Assembly (NCBI GenBank): GCA_038749855.1
Contig: JBCDHO010000001.1
Location: 1 to 34,005 of the forward strand
Direction of reading: 5' to 3'
Source of the DNA: Pseudomonadota bacterium
GTDB lineage: Bacteria > Pseudomonadota > Gammaproteobacteria > Xanthomonadales > SZUA-36
Length of the DNA: 34,005 nucleotides
The position numbers and the translations under genes are program-made. Within the stretch, counting starts at the first letter, position 1; the number at the start of each line of letters is the position of its first letter. Positions 21,882 through 30,130 of the stretch are shown one piece after another. The notes below the pieces were generated by a model. The model did no database searches, had not been told where the DNA came from, and was given only the letters and a program-made list of their open reading frames with translations.

Positions 21882-23375
21882 TTGTCGACACCAACGCCTC
21901 CTTCCGCCGAATCACGCTCGACCACAACGCCAGCAACGGAAAGCCCCGGTCGCATTGGCCTGCCCTTCCAGCGCAACCGCACGCCTGGCTTCTTCGCCCT
22001 GCTCAGCCTGCCGTCGACGGCCATGGGCTTTGCACTTTCAGTGCAGATTTCGGCCCTGAGCTGGATCCTGACGACCCAGTACGAGCTGGACATTCACGAC
22101 GTTGGCCTGGTCTGGGCGGCGGGCCCGCTGGCGGGCATCATCGGCCAGGTACTGATCGGGATCATCTCAGACAAGGTGTGGTTCTGGAACGGCCGGCGGC
22201 GGCCCTTCATTCTCATCGGCGGGGTCCTCGCCTCCCTGATGCTGCTGGCGCTACCGCACATCGACGTCATTTCCAGCTCGCTGGGCGTGGGGGGCATTCT
22301 CGGCGTTGCCATCGCGGTTGCGCTGACCCTCGATCTCGCCATCAACGTCAGTTTCAATCCGACCCGGTCGATTATCGCGGACGTCACCGACGAAGGGGAC
22401 GAGCGAACGCGCGGCTACACCTGGATGCAGACGATCTCCGGCACCTTCGGCGTACTCGCCTACGCCGTGGGCGCGATCTGGGATAACTACGTACTGATTT
22501 ACTTCGGTGCGGTGCTGGTGTTGCTGTTCTCCATCGTGCCAACGCTGTTCATCACCGAGCCGCGCACCCTGCCCGGCGAAGATGAGGTTGATGAGGAAGC
22601 GGCGGATTCCGGCTCCCTGCGCGGCATGCTCGTCGCCATTCGCCCCCTGTGGGGCTTCCTGGTATACGACATCTACGCCATGGGTCGCCGCATCGCCGGC
22701 GTCGAGCCGGAAAGTTACTACGCCGAAATTCTGTGCCTGCTTGTCACCGTGCTCCTGGTGGGGCAGGCGCTACTGGACCGGGGCCGAGGGAGTCGCGCCA
22801 ATGAAGACCTCGTGGCCTTCCGGCGCATCATCGCCGCCCACTCCTTCAGCTGGATCGGCATCCAGACGACCTTTGTGTTTCTGTTTGCGTACGTGGATTT
22901 CGCCCTACCGGACCTTTCGGACATCGACAAGGGCCGGGTTGGCTCCATGGCCTTCCTGGTCCTCAACGCGATCGGCGCCCTGCTGCCCGCCCTCGCGCTC
23001 GAACCCCTGGCGCACCGCATTGGCCGCGTGCGGACACACACGCTGGCCCTGGCCTGCATGACCGTTGGTTACATCGGCCTGTGGTTCTTCGCCGGCACAC
23101 CGATGGCCATCTTCCTGCTCATGGCCGTGGTCGGCATCGGCTGGGGCGCGATTGTCAGCCTGCCCTTCGCCATCGTTTCCCAGCGCGTGAAGCAGCACGA
23201 GATGGGCCGCTACATGGGCCTGTTCAATCTCTCCGTCGTCCTGCCGCAGCTCGTGGTCAGCCTGGGGATCGCCCTGTTTGTCAGCCGCGTCGAAGACAAG
23301 AGCGCGATCTTCCTGATCTCCGCAGGCGCCCTGGCCCTGTCGACCATCGCCTGGAGCTGCGTGCGTGAAGACTGA
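21882..23375 (+). CDS. Second MFS (GPH/SLC45-like) sugar transporter
   Basis: AMGFALSVQ, ISDKVWFWNGRRRPF, MGRYMGLFNLSVVLPQ and multiple TM segments. The TTG start is uncertain. Confidence 0.85.
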   Translation: MSTPTPPSAESRSTTTPATESPGRIGLPFQRNRTPGFFALLSLPSTAMGFALSVQISALSWILTTQYELDIHDVGLVWAAGPLAGIIGQVLIGIISDKVWFWNGRRRPFILIGGVLASLMLLALPHIDVISSSLGVGGILGVAIAVALTLDLAINVSFNPTRSIIADVTDEGDERTRGYTWMQTISGTFGVLAYAVGAIWDNYVLIYFGAVLVLLFSIVPTLFITEPRTLPGEDEVDEEAADSGSLRGMLVAIRPLWGFLVYDIYAMGRRIAGVEPESYYAEILCLLVTVLLVGQALLDRGRGSRANEDLVAFRRIIAAHSFSWIGIQTTFVFLFAYVDFALPDLSDIDKGRVGSMAFLVLNAIGALLPALALEPLAHRIGRVRTHTLALACMTVGYIGLWFFAGTPMAIFLLMAVVGIGWGAIVSLPFAIVSQRVKQHEMGRYMGLFNLSVVLPQLVVSLGIALFVSRVEDKSAIFLISAGALALSTIAWSCVRED

Positions 23376-24402
23376 TCCGGGGCAAGCGGGCGCCCGGAAT
23401 GCTGAAGCCCAGCCGATGGTCTCGGTGGTCGTACCGACCTACAACGCCGGGGACTGGCTCGAACGCTGTCTTGCGGGGCTCACGGCCTCGGACTGGCCGG
23501 CCCTTGAAATCATCGTCATCGATGACGCTTCACCCACGCAGGCCGCTCGCGAGGCGGCCGAGCGGCACGGCGTTCGTTACCTGCGCCTGGACAGGAACTC
23601 CGGCCCCGCCGTGGCCCGTAATCACGGGGTGGAGGCCGCTGCCGGGGACCTGATCATGACCGTCGACGCCGACGTCGTCGTCCATCCCGACACGGTCCGC
23701 AAAGGCGTAGAGGTATTGCTCGCAGCGCCAGAGGTCGGCGCCGTCTTCGGCAGCTACGACGAACACCCCGGACATCCGGCCTTTCTCTCCCAATACCGCA
23801 ATCTCTACCACCGCTGGGTACACCAGCAGGGTGATTCGGAGGCAAGCACGTTTTGGACCGGCTGCGGACTCGTTCGACGTCAGGCCTTCGATGCCGCGGG
23901 GGGATTCGGTCGCGCCTACGACCGCCCCAGCATTGAGGACATTGAATTTGGCTATCGGCTGCGCGACCAGGGCTGGAAGATTCGCCTGCGCAAGGACATG
24001 AACTGTACACACCTCAAGGACTGGGGACTGGTGGACATGGTGCGCACGGACATCTTTCGGCGCGGCGTGCCGTGGATGGCGCTGCTGCTGCGACGGGGCA
24101 AGGACGAGGCCGCACTCAACACCAACCCCAGGGCCAAGATCGCCACCGTGGCAGCGGCTGCCCTCGTACCCGTCCTGCTCGCCGCCGTGTTCTGGCCCCC
24201 GCTGCTGTGGCTGGGGCTCTTGCTGGTGGGGCTGATCGTCGCCCTGCAATGGGGCTTTTATCGCGAAATAGCGCGGCTGAAGGGCATCGCTTTTGCGTTC
24301 GCCGTCGTGCCGGCACAGGTGCTCTTTTTTCTGTGCTGCGCTGCAGCCATACCGCTCGGGTATCTGCGCTATCTCAGTGAGCGCCGGTCGGCGACCGCCT
24401 AG
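23365..24402 (+). CDS. Glycosyltransferase family 2 with C-terminal membrane segments
   Basis: VSVVVPTYN, IDDAS, GPAVARNHG, DAD, GGF and IEDIEFGYRL, followed by a hydrophobic C-terminus. Confidence 0.9.
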   Translation: MKTDPGQAGARNAEAQPMVSVVVPTYNAGDWLERCLAGLTASDWPALEIIVIDDASPTQAAREAAERHGVRYLRLDRNSGPAVARNHGVEAAAGDLIMTVDADVVVHPDTVRKGVEVLLAAPEVGAVFGSYDEHPGHPAFLSQYRNLYHRWVHQQGDSEASTFWTGCGLVRRQAFDAAGGFGRAYDRPSIEDIEFGYRLRDQGWKIRLRKDMNCTHLKDWGLVDMVRTDIFRRGVPWMALLLRRGKDEAALNTNPRAKIATVAAAALVPVLLAAVFWPPLLWLGLLLVGLIVALQWGFYREIARLKGIAFAFAVVPAQVLFFLCCAAAIPLGYLRYLSERRSATA

Positions 24403-25970
24403 GCGACATCTTTCTCTGAGGCTTTCTCTGAGGCTTTTTCTGCGGCCGTGTCCGTGGCGTTCCCCGCGGTCTCATCTACGGCCTTCAGGCGCTGCGGAAC
24501 AAGCCGCTCACTCTTGAGTGCCAGGGTGCGATCATCGCCCGCCTCGTGGTACTCGGCGTCCTCGTTGACCTGCCAGACGTCCCACGCATCATTGCCCTGC
24601 AGGATGTTCTCCGCCGTCAGCAAGGCGGTCATCATGGCGTGGTCCTGGTTGTTGTACTTGTGCATGCCGTTGCGGCCAACCGGATGCAGACCCGGTCGCT
24701 CCTTATCCAGCCAGGATCGGAACAGGGCAATACGCTCCTCGTAGTTCTCGTCATAGACCGGATAGGCCTTGGGCTGGCGGATGACGCGGCCATCCATCAC
24801 ATGCCCGGCGGTCACGAGACCCAACTGGATCAGCTCTTCGTCGGCAAGGCGGATCAGTGCTTCGTCCGCCGTATCCCACAGACCGTCTCCTTCGAAACAG
24901 AAATACTCCAGGCCCAGGCAGTTGAGGTCCGGATCCGGAACCAGGTGCGGGGACCAGGACTTGAAGTTCTGGATGCGTCCGACCTTGACGCCGAGCTCAT
25001 GGATGTAGATCCAGTTATCGTCAAAACAGTCGACATCTCGAACGATGAGCGCGACCGTGAGGAAATCCCGATAACGCAGCGACCGGGCCGCCGTCGCGAT
25101 GGGCTCGGGCGGCGGAGGATCGAAGCAGCCCGCGAGGTCCCGAAGCGCGATGGACGAAATCACGTGCTCACCCCGGAACTCATGCTGGCCGCCCTCGGCA
25201 TCCGTGGCGTGGACTGTCCATTCGCCACTTTCCTCGTCGCGAACGAGACGGTCAGCGTTCATACCCATGAGCACTTCGCCACCGGCTTCCCGCACCTGGT
25301 CCGCCGCCGCTTCCCACATCTGTCCGGGCCCAAGCCGCGGATAGCGAAAAGATTCAATGAGCGTTTTCGGCGTGCTGGTTTTGCGCTTGATGAAGCCGGG
25401 CGTCAGCGCCTGCTGAATGGCCTTGCCCAGGGACAGACCCTTGATGCGCTGGGCCGCCCAATCGGCGGAAATCTCCCGGCATTTCATGCCCCAGACCTTT
25501 TCCGTGTAGGTCTTGAAGAAAATGTTGTAGAGCCTGCGGCCAAACTGGTTGACGACCCAGTCCTCGAAGCTACGCGGGTTGCGGATCGGAAAAGCCCGTG
25601 CCTTCATGTAAGAGAGGCCGCAGTAGCAAGACTCAAAAAAGCCCAGCTTGGTCAGCGCATCCAGGGCACTGAGCGGGTAGTTGAAGAGCTTGCGGTTGTA
25701 AAAAATGCGGGATTTTCTCGGTCGTGTAATGAGTTGATCGCCGAGTATCTCCTCCCAAAGCGCCTCGATCTCCGCCGATTTTGAGAAAAAGCGATGGCCG
25801 CCGACATCGAAGCGGAAGCCCTTGTACTCTTCGGTGCGTGAGATTCCGCCCACGTGCTTTGGATCGCGCTCAAGCACGGTAACGCGCACACCCTCGCGGG
25901 CCAGGTGGCGGGCAGCGGTCAGACCGGCGGGGCCGGCTCCGACGCAAATAACGTGCTTGGGCGGTGACAT
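24399..25970 (-). CDS. FAD-dependent oxidoreductase, UDP-galactopyranose mutase / protoporphyrinogen oxidase-like
   Basis: GAGPAG Rossmann motif, VGGISRT, FDVGGHRFF, YTEKVWG, FRYPRLG, AYPVY and GRNGMHKYNNQDHAM. ATG at 25970. Confidence 0.85.
   Translation of the reverse strand: MSPPKHVICVGAGPAGLTAARHLAREGVRVTVLERDPKHVGGISRTEEYKGFRFDVGGHRFFSKSAEIEALWEEILGDQLITRPRKSRIFYNRKLFNYPLSALDALTKLGFFESCYCGLSYMKARAFPIRNPRSFEDWVVNQFGRRLYNIFFKTYTEKVWGMKCREISADWAAQRIKGLSLGKAIQQALTPGFIKRKTSTPKTLIESFRYPRLGPGQMWEAAADQVREAGGEVLMGMNADRLVRDEESGEWTVHATDAEGGQHEFRGEHVISSIALRDLAGCFDPPPPEPIATAARSLRYRDFLTVALIVRDVDCFDDNWIYIHELGVKVGRIQNFKSWSPHLVPDPDLNCLGLEYFCFEGDGLWDTADEALIRLADEELIQLGLVTAGHVMDGRVIRQPKAYPVYDENYEERIALFRSWLDKERPGLHPVGRNGMHKYNNQDHAMMTALLTAENILQGNDAWDVWQVNEDAEYHEAGDDRTLALKSERLVPQRLKAVDETAGNATDTAAEKASEKASEKDVA
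24410..24445. repeat. 12-bp x3 in-frame tandem repeat encoding a low-complexity C-terminal tail (AEKASEKASEK)
   Basis: ctttctctgagg ctttctctgagg ctttttctgcgg. Confidence 0.85.
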
Positions 25971-26112
25971 GCAGACAGTTCTCAGGGCAGCGGACGTGCA
26001 AGGGCGCACATCTTAGCCAATCCGGCCGTCAAAACCCAATGAATGCGCAAGAAACCGGACCCGACGCACCCGCCAGACCGGCCATCCGCACGCCCCGCGG
26101 CACGCTCCGCTC

Positions 26113-26144
26113 TTAACACGGGATTCACGGCGCGGTACTACACT
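26113..26144 (+). promoter_or_regulatory. Putative OmpR-family box and -10 element upstream of the response regulator
   Basis: TTAAC-N6-TTCAC (26113-26128), then TACACT at 26139-26144. Confidence 0.5.
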
Positions 26145-26173
26145 CGCCACCATTAAAATGAGGATAAAATCCC

Positions 26174-26860
26174 GTGAGCTTAATCCTGCTAGTAGAAGAT
26201 AACCACGACATCGCTGCGATGGTCGGGGACCACCTCGAATCTGAGGGTTACGAGGTGGACTACGCCGCCGACGGCCTGACCGGCTTGCACCTGGCGGTGA
26301 CCGAGAGCTTTGACGCCATTGTGCTCGACCTGATGCTTCCCGGTTTGGACGGTATGGAAATTTGCCGGAAGCTGCGCGAGGAAGCGGGTAAAGACACGCC
26401 AATCCTGATGCTGACGGCCCGCGACACGCTGGAAGACAAGGTCGCCGGCCTCGACGCAGGTGCCGACGACTACCTGGTCAAGCCCTTCGAGATGGACGAG
26501 CTGGACGCCCGGCTGAACGCCATGTTGCGTCGCGCGTCTGGGGAACTCACCAGCCAGGTGCTGCGGGTATCGGACCTCACGCTGAACACGGGCACCGATG
26601 AGGTAGAACGCGCCGGCAAATCCCTGACGCTGACGCCCATTTGCCTGAAGCTTCTGATCGCGCTCATGAAGGCATCGCCGAAGGTCATCAGCCGTCGTGA
26701 CCTTGAACGCGCCGTTTGGGACGACATCGTCCCGGACAGCGACGCCCTGCGCAGCCACCTGTATAACCTGCGCAAGGTCATCGACAAGCCATTCGACCAA
26801 CCGCTGCTGCACACGGTGCAGGGCCTGGGCTACCGGCTTGCCGAGATCGATGGCGATTGA
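26174..26860 (+). CDS. OmpR-family response regulator (ColR-like)
   Basis: LLVEDN, VLDLMLPGLDG, PILMLTARD, GADDYLVKPF, and winged helix LRSHLYNLRK..LHTVQGLGY. Confidence 0.93.
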   Translation: MSLILLVEDNHDIAAMVGDHLESEGYEVDYAADGLTGLHLAVTESFDAIVLDLMLPGLDGMEICRKLREEAGKDTPILMLTARDTLEDKVAGLDAGADDYLVKPFEMDELDARLNAMLRRASGELTSQVLRVSDLTLNTGTDEVERAGKSLTLTPICLKLLIALMKASPKVISRRDLERAVWDDIVPDSDALRSHLYNLRKVIDKPFDQPLLHTVQGLGYRLAEIDGD

Positions 26861-28139
26861 CAAAGGACTGAACCGCAGGCTCGGACGGAGCCTGCTTCTC
26901 CAAGCCATCTACATTTCCCTTGCCGTTCTCGTCGGCATCTTCGTCGCCGCGCGCCTGGTCGAGAACGTGCTCATTGAGCAGGCGCTCATCGGCGAGGCGG
27001 AGTACTACTGGTCCCAGGAAGCCGCCAACCCAGGCCAGCCGCTGCCCGACACCAAGAACCTCACCACCTACCGCAGTGACCACGGCGACGGCCTGCCGGA
27101 CTTTCTGCACAACCTGGAACCCGGCTTCCACAAGCTCGATCAGCCACGCGAGTTGCTGGCACTGGTCAGCGTACACGGTGCGGAGCGTGCGCTGTTTGTG
27201 TTCGAAGTGGAACAGGTCGAGCAGCTGGTCACCCTGTTTGGCCTGATTCCCCTCTCGCTTGCACTGACCGTGATCTATCTATCGCTCTACAGCGCCTATC
27301 GCGTCTCCCGGCAGGCGGTCTCGCCCATCGTCGCCCTCGCCCACCAGGTGCAGGAACTCGACCCTTCGGCACCGGATCCGAAAGCCCTGACAATCGACCC
27401 GTCCCTCGACCCCGACGAGGAAATTGTTGTGCTGCAGGAAGCGCTCCAGGACCTGATACGCAAGGTCACGGAATACACGGAGCGCGAACGGCACTTCACC
27501 CGGGATGCCAGCCATGAACTGCGCACGCCGCTGACCGTCATCAAGATGGCCGCCGAGCGGCTGCTCAAAACCCTTCCCGCGGACGGGCGCGAACGCGACC
27601 TTGTGGAACGCATCCGCAACAACGCCAGCGACATGAACCGCCTGACCGAGGCCTTTCTGCTGCTTGCGCGCGAGTGGGAGGAGGGTCTTGACCGTGACTG
27701 GGTGTGCGTGAATGAAATTGCCGCCCTGGAGCTCGAGCGGATGCGCATTATTTACCCCGACGCGCCCATCGAGCCACGTCTTGAAGAGCGCTGCCGCCTG
27801 TTCGTCCTGGCGCCCAATAAGGTCGTCGAGAGCGTAATCGGTAATCTGGTCCGCAATGCCTTCGCGTACACCGATGCCGGTAGCGTCACCGTGCGCATCG
27901 ATCGCAGCCAGGTCGAAATCGAGGACACCGGAGCGGGCATGGATGAACACGAGGTCGAACAGATCTTCGAGGCGTTCTTCAGCAAGGGCCGCCAGCGGGG
28001 CGGTTTCGGTGTCGGACTTACCATCGTCAAGCGACTGACGGAACGCTTCAATTGGTCGGTTGATTTCGACTCTGAACCCGGCTCGGGCACGACGGTGACG
28101 GTCCGCTTTCCCGGTTCCCGTTACGAACTGACCGGTTGA
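26850..28139 (+). CDS. Sensor histidine kinase (ColS-like)
   Basis: Two TM segments, H-box FTRDASHELRTPL, N-box NLVRNA, DTGAG and GFGVGL. ATG 26850 overlaps the regulator's 3' end. Confidence 0.92.
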   Translation: MAIDKGLNRRLGRSLLLQAIYISLAVLVGIFVAARLVENVLIEQALIGEAEYYWSQEAANPGQPLPDTKNLTTYRSDHGDGLPDFLHNLEPGFHKLDQPRELLALVSVHGAERALFVFEVEQVEQLVTLFGLIPLSLALTVIYLSLYSAYRVSRQAVSPIVALAHQVQELDPSAPDPKALTIDPSLDPDEEIVVLQEALQDLIRKVTEYTERERHFTRDASHELRTPLTVIKMAAERLLKTLPADGRERDLVERIRNNASDMNRLTEAFLLLAREWEEGLDRDWVCVNEIAALELERMRIIYPDAPIEPRLEERCRLFVLAPNKVVESVIGNLVRNAFAYTDAGSVTVRIDRSQVEIEDTGAGMDEHEVEQIFEAFFSKGRQRGGFGVGLTIVKRLTERFNWSVDFDSEPGSGTTVTVRFPGSRYELTG

Positions 28140-28172
28140 TCTGATCTGCCGCGGCAGGAGGGACCGACAGGG

Positions 28173-28210
28173 TTCACGGTTCGTTCACCGGTGACCCACG
28201 AATGTTTCAC
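28173..28210 (+). promoter_or_regulatory. Four 11-bp-phased half-sites (TTCAC, TTCAC, CCCAC, TTCAC), probable response-regulator binding array
   Basis: Pentamers start at 28173, 28184, 28195 and 28206. CAAACT (-10-like) follows at about 28222. Confidence 0.65.
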
Positions 28211-28258
28211 CGTGGCCCGCGCAAACTGCACCCATCAAATCAAAAGGCTCGTTTCGTG

Positions 28259-28861
28259 ATGGGAGCGTCAGTCAAAAATTTTATTCTTTACAACGTGGGA
28301 TGGTTCGCCGCCGTTTTCTTTGCGGCCAGCGGTCAGCCCTGGATCGGTATCGTCGCCGTTGCGCTGGTTGCTGCCGCACATCTGCTGTCCGTTCCTGCCT
28401 GGAAGAAAGAGGCATTTACGCTGTTCCTTGCCGCTCTTCTCGGTCTGGTCTGGGAGAGCATCCTTGTCTGGACCGGCGTGCTCAGCTACCCCACGGCACC
28501 GGGCATTGGACCGTTCGCGCCGCTGTGGATTGTCGCGCTCTGGGTCAACTTCGCAACGACCATCAACGTCAGCCTGGCGTGGGTCAAGCGGAGCTGGTGG
28601 CTGGCCGCCGTTTTCGGCGGCATCGGCGGCCCCCTTGCCTTTGCCGCTGGCGCGGGGCTTGGCGCTGTGCAGTTCAGCGACCCTGTGATCAGTCTGCTGG
28701 TCATCGGTATTGGCTGGGCGGTAATCCTGCCCCTGTTCTGCCTGATCGCCGAATCGATCATCGACAGTACGTTCCTTGAGCCAGGTTACCGACGCACGCG
28801 CCGGCCGACCCTGCTCGAGCAGGCGCAGATGCTGGTCACCGGCAAGGGCTTGGACAAGTAG
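28259..28861 (+). CDS. Membrane protein, DUF2878-like
   Basis: Very hydrophobic, with NFILYNVGWF, PLWIVALWVNFATT and GGIGGPLAF..GAGLGAV, which resemble DUF2878 (recognised by eye). Confidence 0.75.
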   Translation: MGASVKNFILYNVGWFAAVFFAASGQPWIGIVAVALVAAAHLLSVPAWKKEAFTLFLAALLGLVWESILVWTGVLSYPTAPGIGPFAPLWIVALWVNFATTINVSLAWVKRSWWLAAVFGGIGGPLAFAAGAGLGAVQFSDPVISLLVIGIGWAVILPLFCLIAESIIDSTFLEPGYRRTRRPTLLEQAQMLVTGKGLDK

Positions 28862-28888
28862 GCCTTGGCCTGCTGTCAGACGAAACGG

Positions 28889-29686
28889 ATGGAAGCCATC
28901 ACCACATCACCGACAGGGACCATCTGCTCTTCGGCGCGACGAACGTCAGGTCGCGCCAGTCTACCCTTGCTGCTTATGGCATTGAGTGCTGGTCTCGCGG
29001 CCTTGGGCTTTTCGTCGCTCAGCTCGGCGGACAGTATCGGTGACCTTCCAGTGGAACCGCGCGCTGCCTCCTGGACCTTCGACGTTCTCTTGGACGACCG
29101 CCGAATCGGCTACCACCGCTTCGATCTACGCAGCGCCGGCGAGGTGGAGCAGATCGATATCGAAGCGCGCTTCGAAGTGGAGGTGTTGTTCATCACTGCC
29201 TATCGCTACGCCCATGACAACCGTGAAACCTGGCGGGGCGACTGCCTCAAGGGTATCGAATCGACCACCAACGACAACGGAGACGAGTTCCTGGTTCGAG
29301 GCACTGCCGTGGATACGGGCTTCACGATCGAACGTAATGAAGAATCCGCATCGGTCGAAGCGCCGTGCCTCCAGACGTTCGCGTACTGGAACCCGGATAT
29401 TCTTGACGCACAGCAGCTGCTGAATGCCCAAACCGGTGAGGTAAAGGACGTCACCATCGTGCCGGTCGGTCCGGCGCCCTTCGATGTCGGCGGGGTGACC
29501 GTGGCCAGCGACGAGTACCTGCTCACCATGAGAGACGGTGCCATCCGTCTGTGGTACGAACAGGGTACGAAACAATGGCTGGGTCTTGAAACGCAGGCCC
29601 GCGGAGACCGTGTGATTCGCTACCAGCCGGCATCTTTACCGAACCCTCCGGAAGGAACCTCCCTGGCCGCTTCCGCTTCGCCTTAG
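28889..29686 (+). CDS. Exported protein, DUF6134-like
   Basis: A hydrophobic signal-like segment, then FDVLLDDRRIGYHRF, LFITAYRY.H...E.W...CL, AYWN and LLNAQTGE. The start is uncertain. Confidence 0.7.
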   Translation: MEAITTSPTGTICSSARRTSGRASLPLLLMALSAGLAALGFSSLSSADSIGDLPVEPRAASWTFDVLLDDRRIGYHRFDLRSAGEVEQIDIEARFEVEVLFITAYRYAHDNRETWRGDCLKGIESTTNDNGDEFLVRGTAVDTGFTIERNEESASVEAPCLQTFAYWNPDILDAQQLLNAQTGEVKDVTIVPVGPAPFDVGGVTVASDEYLLTMRDGAIRLWYEQGTKQWLGLETQARGDRVIRYQPASLPNPPEGTSLAASASP

Positions 29687-29717
29687 AAAACCTGCGCCAG
29701 GACGGGATACAGCGCCC

Positions 29718-29746
29718 TTGTAGCCTGTCTCACTGCGCCCCATAAT
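29718..29746 (+). promoter_or_regulatory. Sigma70-type promoter for the uORF-TonB receptor unit
   Basis: TTGTAG (29718-29723), a 17-bp spacer, then CATAAT (29741-29746). The GTG start lies 6 nt further on. Confidence 0.6.
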
Positions 29747-29752
29747 TGCGGC

Positions 29753-30046
29753 GTGCGAAGGCTCAAACTCACCGGCTACGGCTGGCGCTACGCGGTACTC
29801 ATCACGCTCTTTCTGGGCGCCCAGTCCTATGTGCTTGCGCACGAGCTTGAACACGAGGCCGAAGCGCACGACGAGGCCTGCACGCTATGCCCCATGGCGG
29901 CAGGTATCCAGCACATCACGGTGGCACCGGAGCCAGCGGTTCCCGTGGCGCCGTGCGCAGCGCATTTTTCGCACAGCTATACGCCCGTCAGCACCCCTGT
30001 CACCCAGACGTTTGCCGAGGCACGCGCACCCCCCGTTTACTCCTGA
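29753..30046 (+). CDS. Small DUF2946/CruR-like upstream ORF, putative metal-responsive ribosome-arrest peptide
   Basis: 97 aa: basic N-terminus and hydrophobic helix, HELEHEAEAHDEACTLC, a Pro-rich linker, and RAPP three residues before the stop. It ends 84 nt upstream of a metal TBDR. Confidence 0.8.
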   Translation: MRRLKLTGYGWRYAVLITLFLGAQSYVLAHELEHEAEAHDEACTLCPMAAGIQHITVAPEPAVPVAPCAAHFSHSYTPVSTPVTQTFAEARAPPVYS

Positions 30047-30068
30047 TCTCTCAACCGAACGTCCTTAA

Positions 30069-30094
30069 CCGTGCCGCCCGCGTGGGGCGCGCGG
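30069..30094 (+). other. GC-rich imperfect hairpin between the uORF and the TBDR RBS
   Basis: ccgtg-c-cgccc...gggcg-cgcgg, with no U-tract after it. Confidence 0.45.
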
Positions 30095-30130
30095 CAATGC
30101 GTTGTAGAAAAGTTTCAGGAGCAAACTTGC

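Noticed and set aside
26697-26849. Longer start for the histidine kinase
   Set aside because: It lies inside the response regulator. ATG 26850 gives the usual short overlap and places TM1 near the N-terminus.
29690-30130. Zur or Fur box, or a riboswitch (cobalamin, NiCo), upstream of the His-rich TBDR
   Set aside because: No AT-rich inverted repeat or recognisable riboswitch core is visible by eye, and the space is occupied by the uORF. An Rfam/PWM scan would be needed to exclude them formally.
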